This document shows, in pieces, positions 27,970-32,000 of a DNA stretch of 32,000 bases. The notes below the pieces were generated by a model. The model made no database searches, was not told where the DNA came from, and was given only the letters and a program-made list of their open reading frames with translations. Numbering within the stretch: the first letter of the stretch is position 1; every line of letters starts with the position of its first letter. This stretch comes from Alkanindiges illinoisensis DSM 15370 (lineage in GTDB: Bacteria > Pseudomonadota > Gammaproteobacteria > Pseudomonadales > Moraxellaceae), in contig NZ_JHUX01000003.1 of assembly GCF_000619845.1 (NCBI RefSeq), positions 970,064 to 1,002,063 of the forward strand. The letters are read 5' to 3'. Made by a program: the position numbers and the translations under genes.

Positions 27970-28308
27970 ATGTTGTGGCAAGCGATCATTTATCTGGCGC
28001 TGGCCATTGCTTGTGAAATTGCCGGAACCATCTGCCTGCGCTTGTCTGATGGCTTTAGCAAATGGCCGTATATTATCGGGATTGCCACAGGTTATGGCCT
28101 AGCCTTCTGGTTTTTATCCTTAAGCTTGAAACTGGGTATGCCGCTTGGCTTGGCCTATGCCATCTGGGCAGGACTTGGCACTGCCATTATTGCAGTGGTT
28201 GGAATTCTGGTATTTAAAGAACCCTTGGCTTTGCTGCAATGGCTTGGTATCTGCTGCATTATTGTTGGCGTTGTCTTGTTGAATCTGGGTGGCAAAGTAA
28301 GCCATTAG
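27970..28308 (+). CDS. SMR-family small multidrug resistance/Gdx-like transporter
   Basis: About 112 aa with four TM helices and the membrane-embedded Glu in TM1 (IACEIAGT). ATG 27970 directly follows the Lon-like stop. The alternative ATG 27952 overlaps that gene by 17 nt. Confidence 0.85.
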   Translation: MLWQAIIYLALAIACEIAGTICLRLSDGFSKWPYIIGIATGYGLAFWFLSLSLKLGMPLGLAYAIWAGLGTAIIAVVGILVFKEPLALLQWLGICCIIVGVVLLNLGGKVSH

Positions 28309-28382
28309 GTTTAATGGCTTGTTTAAAATTCCAGATTGAAATTCATCTCTAAAATTCCACCATCGACTGATTCATTACGCGT

Positions 28383-29621
28383 TCAGGATGCTTTGGTATT
28401 GGATAACGACTGTGGTGCCAGATGGGCAAATACATAGCCATCACGGCCTCTGTTCTTGGCTTTATATAGCGCATGATCGGCACAATATAAAAAGTCGTTT
28501 ACATCTTCGTTCATTTGCGGCACATAGGTCACAACGCCAATACTTAAAGTCACATGCTGCGATATTTCGCTGGCCGGGTGTGGAATGTGCAGGTTTTTAA
28601 TAGCCCGTAACAACCTCTCGGCCTGGCGAATTGCATGTTGCTGGCTGGTCATTGGCAGTAAAATCACAAACTCTTCACCACCGTAACGTGCCACCAGCTC
28701 ACCACTTCGTGTAGCAACTTTGGTAATGGCGTGAGCTATTTTAATTAAGCATTGATCACCTGCCAGATGCCCCAGTGAATCGTTATATGCCTTAAAATAA
28801 TCAATATCAATCATCATGATGGACAACGGAGTCTGGTGGCGCATGGCGCGATACCACTCTTCTTCCAGCATTTCATCCAGATAACGGCGGTTGGCAATCC
28901 CGGTTAGGGCATCCTGACGTGACATGACTTCCAGTTGCTGGGTCTGCTGTACCATTTCAATGCGGTGTAATTCCAGCAAGCAGGATTGCAAATAATTTTC
29001 GCGATGATGGCGATCAGTCACATAGGCCAAAGCCATGCCCAGAAAACTGCTGAATGTATAAGTCCGGTTGAGCAAGGTCCATGCAATTTCATTGCTAAAA
29101 TACATGCTAACCAATGTGCCTAACGCACCACCTACCCAACCTGCCAGAATGGCTACATAGAAACGCAGCCCTACAAAGCCATAAACGATTACTACAGCAT
29201 ACATAATAGCGGCATGTAACAGCACACTACCCTGTTCATCATGCACAAGGTTAACAATCGTAAAAGAAATCGCAATTGCAATTGTTGAACCAATGGTGGC
29301 ATACCAGTCAAACCACTGGTGCATTTTTTCAAACCAGCTAAATCCCCAGGCTGTCAGGACAATAATGCCCACACAGCCATACAGCTTTAGCCATAGGCCC
29401 ACCTGCTCAGCAGGTAATAGCTGATAAATCCCATAACTCAAGAATAGGTAAAGCAGCAGGATAATTGGGCCACGATAACGAAATTCGTGTGCGGCTTCAT
29501 TCTGGTATTGAAATCGATAGTCTTTTTCCAGTTTTGCAGGAAACCAGACAAAGTTTAAATCCTTACCCAGTAATTTTTGGATTTCTTTACGTTCCAGCAG
29601 GTTGGAACCTTGTAATTTCAT
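28383..29621 (-). CDS. Membrane-bound diguanylate cyclase (multi-TM N-terminal sensor region plus GGDEF domain with GGEEF)
   Basis: DALTGIANRR, DIDYFKAYND and RYGGEEFVILL indicate an intact active site. The position five residues upstream reads RSGE rather than the I-site RxxD. About six hydrophobic helices lie N-terminally. The start is uncertain (ATG 29621 or GTG 29660). Confidence 0.85.
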   Translation of the reverse strand: MKLQGSNLLERKEIQKLLGKDLNFVWFPAKLEKDYRFQYQNEAAHEFRYRGPIILLLYLFLSYGIYQLLPAEQVGLWLKLYGCVGIIVLTAWGFSWFEKMHQWFDWYATIGSTIAIAISFTIVNLVHDEQGSVLLHAAIMYAVVIVYGFVGLRFYVAILAGWVGGALGTLVSMYFSNEIAWTLLNRTYTFSSFLGMALAYVTDRHHRENYLQSCLLELHRIEMVQQTQQLEVMSRQDALTGIANRRYLDEMLEEEWYRAMRHQTPLSIMMIDIDYFKAYNDSLGHLAGDQCLIKIAHAITKVATRSGELVARYGGEEFVILLPMTSQQHAIRQAERLLRAIKNLHIPHPASEISQHVTLSIGVVTYVPQMNEDVNDFLYCADHALYKAKNRGRDGYVFAHLAPQSLSNTKAS

Positions 29622-29883
29622 TATCGCCGCATCCTTGGTGGAAGTGCTTAAACACCTCACTGTCCTTATAGCAATCCCGCAGTCATCCTAACATTGGGAA
29701 AAAGTAGTTCTATTAGTTTTATATTGTGTAAAAATAGCAGAAGTTTTATATTTTTTAATAGTTCGAATTACAAAATGTAATAAAAGGCTTACACGTTCGG
29801 TCACGAAATAACCTTGCCAATACGTATTGAAAATTATTAACTTCTATAAAGGATAAATATAAGCTACAGGTTAGGGATAAACC

Positions 29884-30702
29884 ATGAACTCACTGAATAA
29901 CTCTATTGATAGTATTACTCCCACCATTAATGGCAGTCAAGCCAAGGATTCTCAAGCTAAAAAAGCTTACACTCATGAGCTGGAAATAACGCCACATAAT
30001 GAATGGTCTCAAGCTTTTTGGGATCAGTTATTGCCTGCAAAGAATCGGGTTAGCCAGCATCCATTGTTTCAGGATCTGGCGGCCGGACGGCTAAGCCTAG
30101 CCTGTTTTAAACATGCACTGCTAAATTTCTACCCACTGGTTGCCCATTTTCCTTCATATATGGCAATGAGTCTGGCGAAGGCCACTGCATTTCAGCTGCC
30201 TGGCGTTACTGAAGCACGTAACTGGCTTATCCAAAACATCAAGGTAGAAGAGCGACATTTGTACTGGTATCAGGACTGGGCTTTGGGTTTCGGTTTAACT
30301 GTTGATGAGCTTGACCATGTCTGCCCACCAGCCGCCATGAATGCCGTGAATCATTATTTATGGAGCGTAGCCTATCGCGGAACTTTGGCAGAAACTATTG
30401 CAGCAACCAATCTTGCCATTGAGTGGGCCACTGGCGACTGGACAATTCAGGTGTATAAAGGCATAGAAGCCTATGCTAAGCATCCTGAAATTCAGATGAG
30501 CAGCAAAACAGTGGCATGGTTGCGCGCCCATGCGCACTATGATGATTTGCATCCTTATGAAGCCATGGAACTGATCAAGCGCCTGTGTAATCACGATGTT
30601 ATGATGCAGCAAAAAGCACTACAGGCTGCCCAGCAGGGCTTAGCTTACTATGAACTGGCGCTAAATGAATGCTACAAAGTCCAGAAACTATCCAAGGCCT
30701 AA
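29884..30702 (+). CDS. Heme-oxygenase-like diiron enzyme of the TenA/PqqC/CADD superfamily, UndA-like
   Basis: Ligand pattern E122-x-x-H125 (KVEERH), E180 (AIEWATG) and H216-x3-D220-x2-H223 (HAHYDDLH). The blocks NWLIQNIKVEERHLYWYQDW, IAATNLAIEWATGDW and WLRAHAHYDDLHPYEAMELI resemble my memory of Pseudomonas UndA. Confidence 0.7.
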   Translation: MNSLNNSIDSITPTINGSQAKDSQAKKAYTHELEITPHNEWSQAFWDQLLPAKNRVSQHPLFQDLAAGRLSLACFKHALLNFYPLVAHFPSYMAMSLAKATAFQLPGVTEARNWLIQNIKVEERHLYWYQDWALGFGLTVDELDHVCPPAAMNAVNHYLWSVAYRGTLAETIAATNLAIEWATGDWTIQVYKGIEAYAKHPEIQMSSKTVAWLRAHAHYDDLHPYEAMELIKRLCNHDVMMQQKALQAAQQGLAYYELALNECYKVQKLSKA

Positions 30703-30743
30703 ATTTAAGCCCTTCCGTTATTTAGATATTATATTTGACCAAT

Positions 30744-30774
30744 AAAAAAGAGCCTGATTTGAGGCTCTTTTTTA
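30744..30774. terminator. Bidirectional rho-independent terminator between the UndA-like gene and grxD
   Basis: aaaaaagagcctgatttgaggctctttttt: 7-bp stem agagcct/aggctct with an A-run and a T-run. Confidence 0.8.
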
Positions 30775-30808
30775 TTGATTTATCTTTTATGGATTCATCA
30801 TGCAACGC

Positions 30809-31171
30809 TTATTGCGCTTCTGGACTATTTTGTTCAATCAGAGGCTTAAGCTCACCTTTTTGGAACATTTCCAGCACGATGTCACTACCACCAATCAGCT
30901 CACCACCGACCCACAGCTGTGGAAAAGTAGGCCAGTTGGCAATACGCGGTAGGGTTGCACGAATGTCCGGGTTTTCCAGAATATTAACGTAGGCAAAAGG
31001 ACGACCAATCTGGCTTAAAGCTTCAACTGCACGCGCCGAAAAGCCACACTGGGGAAACTGGGGAGTGCCTTTCATGTATAAAATCACAGGATGCTTGGCA
31101 ATTTGCTCACGAATCAATGTTTCGGTGCTGTTGTCAGCATGAGCTGGGTTAGGGTTGGCTGCGTCAGTCAT
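30809..31171 (-). CDS. grxD: Monothiol glutaredoxin (Grx4 family, CGFS)
   Basis: VILYMKGTPQFPQCGFSARAVE, TFPQLWVGGELIGGSDI. ATG 31171 is preceded by aaagagg. ORF start 31219 is less likely. Confidence 0.92.
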   Translation of the reverse strand: MTDAANPNPAHADNSTETLIREQIAKHPVILYMKGTPQFPQCGFSARAVEALSQIGRPFAYVNILENPDIRATLPRIANWPTFPQLWVGGELIGGSDIVLEMFQKGELKPLIEQNSPEAQ

Positions 31172-31362
31172 AAAACAAACCTCTTTAAATGTCGCGCTAT
31201 TATAGCGGTGATTCGCCATAACGGCTATTGGATTAAATTAGGCTTACACGCACTGATTTCAAGGCTGCTCTTTGGTTAAAATTCTGCAAAAGCGTCTCAC
31301 CTCGGATAAAAGTTTTGTTAAGATGCTTAACTCCTGTTTTGTCCCAACAAAGAGCGCTGACA

Positions 31363-32000
31363 ATGACCGTGCCCCCTAATTTTACTTCTGTAAAAAAACA
31401 AACCAATAATCAAACTAGCAGTTTAATGCCCACTTATGCACGTCAACCCATTGCTTTTGTCCGAGGTCAGGGCAGTTATCTATATACTGAAGATGGCACA
31501 GCCTATCTGGATGCCTTAACAGGAATTGCCGTGTGTGGGCTGGGTCATGCGCATCCTGTAGTGGCGCAGGCTATTAGTGAACAGGCCAGCTTACTGGTGC
31601 ATACCAGCAACCTGTTTGAAATTCCATGGCAGGAAGCTGCTGGCCAGCTCCTGACCCATGTCGCAGGCATGCAACAGGTATTTTTTAGCAATAGCGGTGC
31701 CGAAGCCAACGAAGCAGCGATTAAGCTGGCACGCATTAGTGGGCATAAAAAAGGCTTTAGCTCACCAAAAATTATTGTCATGGAAAAATCATTTCATGGC
31801 CGTACGCTGGCTACGTTGTCTGCGACTGGCAATGCCAAGGTACAGGCTGGCTTTGCCCCACTGGTCGAAGGCTTTTTGCGCGTTCCCTTTGGTGATGTTG
31901 ATGCGATCAAGCAACTGGCCAGTCAGCATGATGATATTGTGGCCATTCTTGTTGAACCGATTCAGGGCGAAGGTGGAATCAATACGGCGCCACAGGGTTT
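31363..32000 (+). CDS. argD: Acetylornithine/succinylornithine-type class III aminotransferase (5' partial, runs off the window)
   Basis: My own translation reads MTVPPNF...LMPTYARQPIAFVRGQGSYLYTEDGTAYLDALTGIAVCGLGHAHP..FFSNSGAEANEAAIKLAR..SFHGRTLATLSATG..EPIQGEGG, which is typical ArgD. This ORF is absent from the ORF track because it is open-ended. An alternative in-frame ATG is at 31426. Confidence 0.85.
   Translation, partial: MTVPPNFTSVKKQTNNQTSSLMPTYARQPIAFVRGQGSYLYTEDGTAYLDALTGIAVCGLGHAHPVVAQAISEQASLLVHTSNLFEIPWQEAAGQLLTHVAGMQQVFFSNSGAEANEAAIKLARISGHKKGFSSPKIIVMEKSFHGRTLATLSATGNAKVQAGFAPLVEGFLRVPFGDVDAIKQLASQHDDIVAILVEPIQGEGGINTAPQG

Noticed and set aside
30735-30992. 85-aa + strand ORF overlapping the grxD 3' half and the terminator.
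   Set aside because: It is antisense to a confidently identified CGFS glutaredoxin, it begins inside a terminator hairpin, and it has no supporting features.
1-32000. Looked for CRISPR arrays, IS elements or transposases, integrases, phage genes, toxin-antitoxin pairs and known defence-system signatures.
   Set aside because: No regularly spaced direct repeats were seen. No ORF shows transposase, integrase or recombinase motifs, and there are no small overlapping two-gene cassettes. The only Lon-like ATPase is solitary, with no BREX-type neighbours.

Overview
Chromosomal segment that looks like a Moraxellaceae (Acinetobacter-like) gammaproteobacterium, judged from gene content and a BlsA-like protein; this is an inference. 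I could support about 28 protein genes, one tRNA-Val(GAC), one gene remnant and several rho-independent terminators. I saw no CRISPR array, IS element, integrase or phage gene. Housekeeping blocks: a secreted M16 peptidase pair with xseA and xseB (46-4928); a MoxR/DUF58/transglutaminase operon (10121-14198); cstA with ybdD (14432-16844); rpmE; ampG, gloA and a BASS transporter (22074-25028); a Lon-like AAA+ protease and an SMR pump; grxD; and the 5' part of argD. The best candidate for an undescribed system is a two-gene operon at 17603-21504. It encodes a 592-aa protein with an unrecognisable N-terminal ~330 aa and a split, atypical PilZ signature, followed 23 nt later by a FimX-like REC-PAS-GGDEF-EAL protein whose catalytic motifs are all degenerate. 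It probably acts as a paired c-di-GMP receptor module. A decayed epmB fragment lies directly upstream. A second region of interest is a visibly AT-rich accessory block (about 4990-9990) next to the 3' end of tRNA-Val. It carries an N/Q-rich KGG-repeat hydrophilin-like protein, a DUF2171 protein, an SDR, an orphan 127-aa protein, a membrane-anchored BLUF-like protein whose photocycle Gln is replaced by His, and a DUF4124 protein. A 272-aa heme-oxygenase-like protein (29884-30702) has the full UndA-type ligand pattern. All calls come from reading the ORF translations and the DNA by eye. No searches were run, and family assignments rest on remembered motifs.
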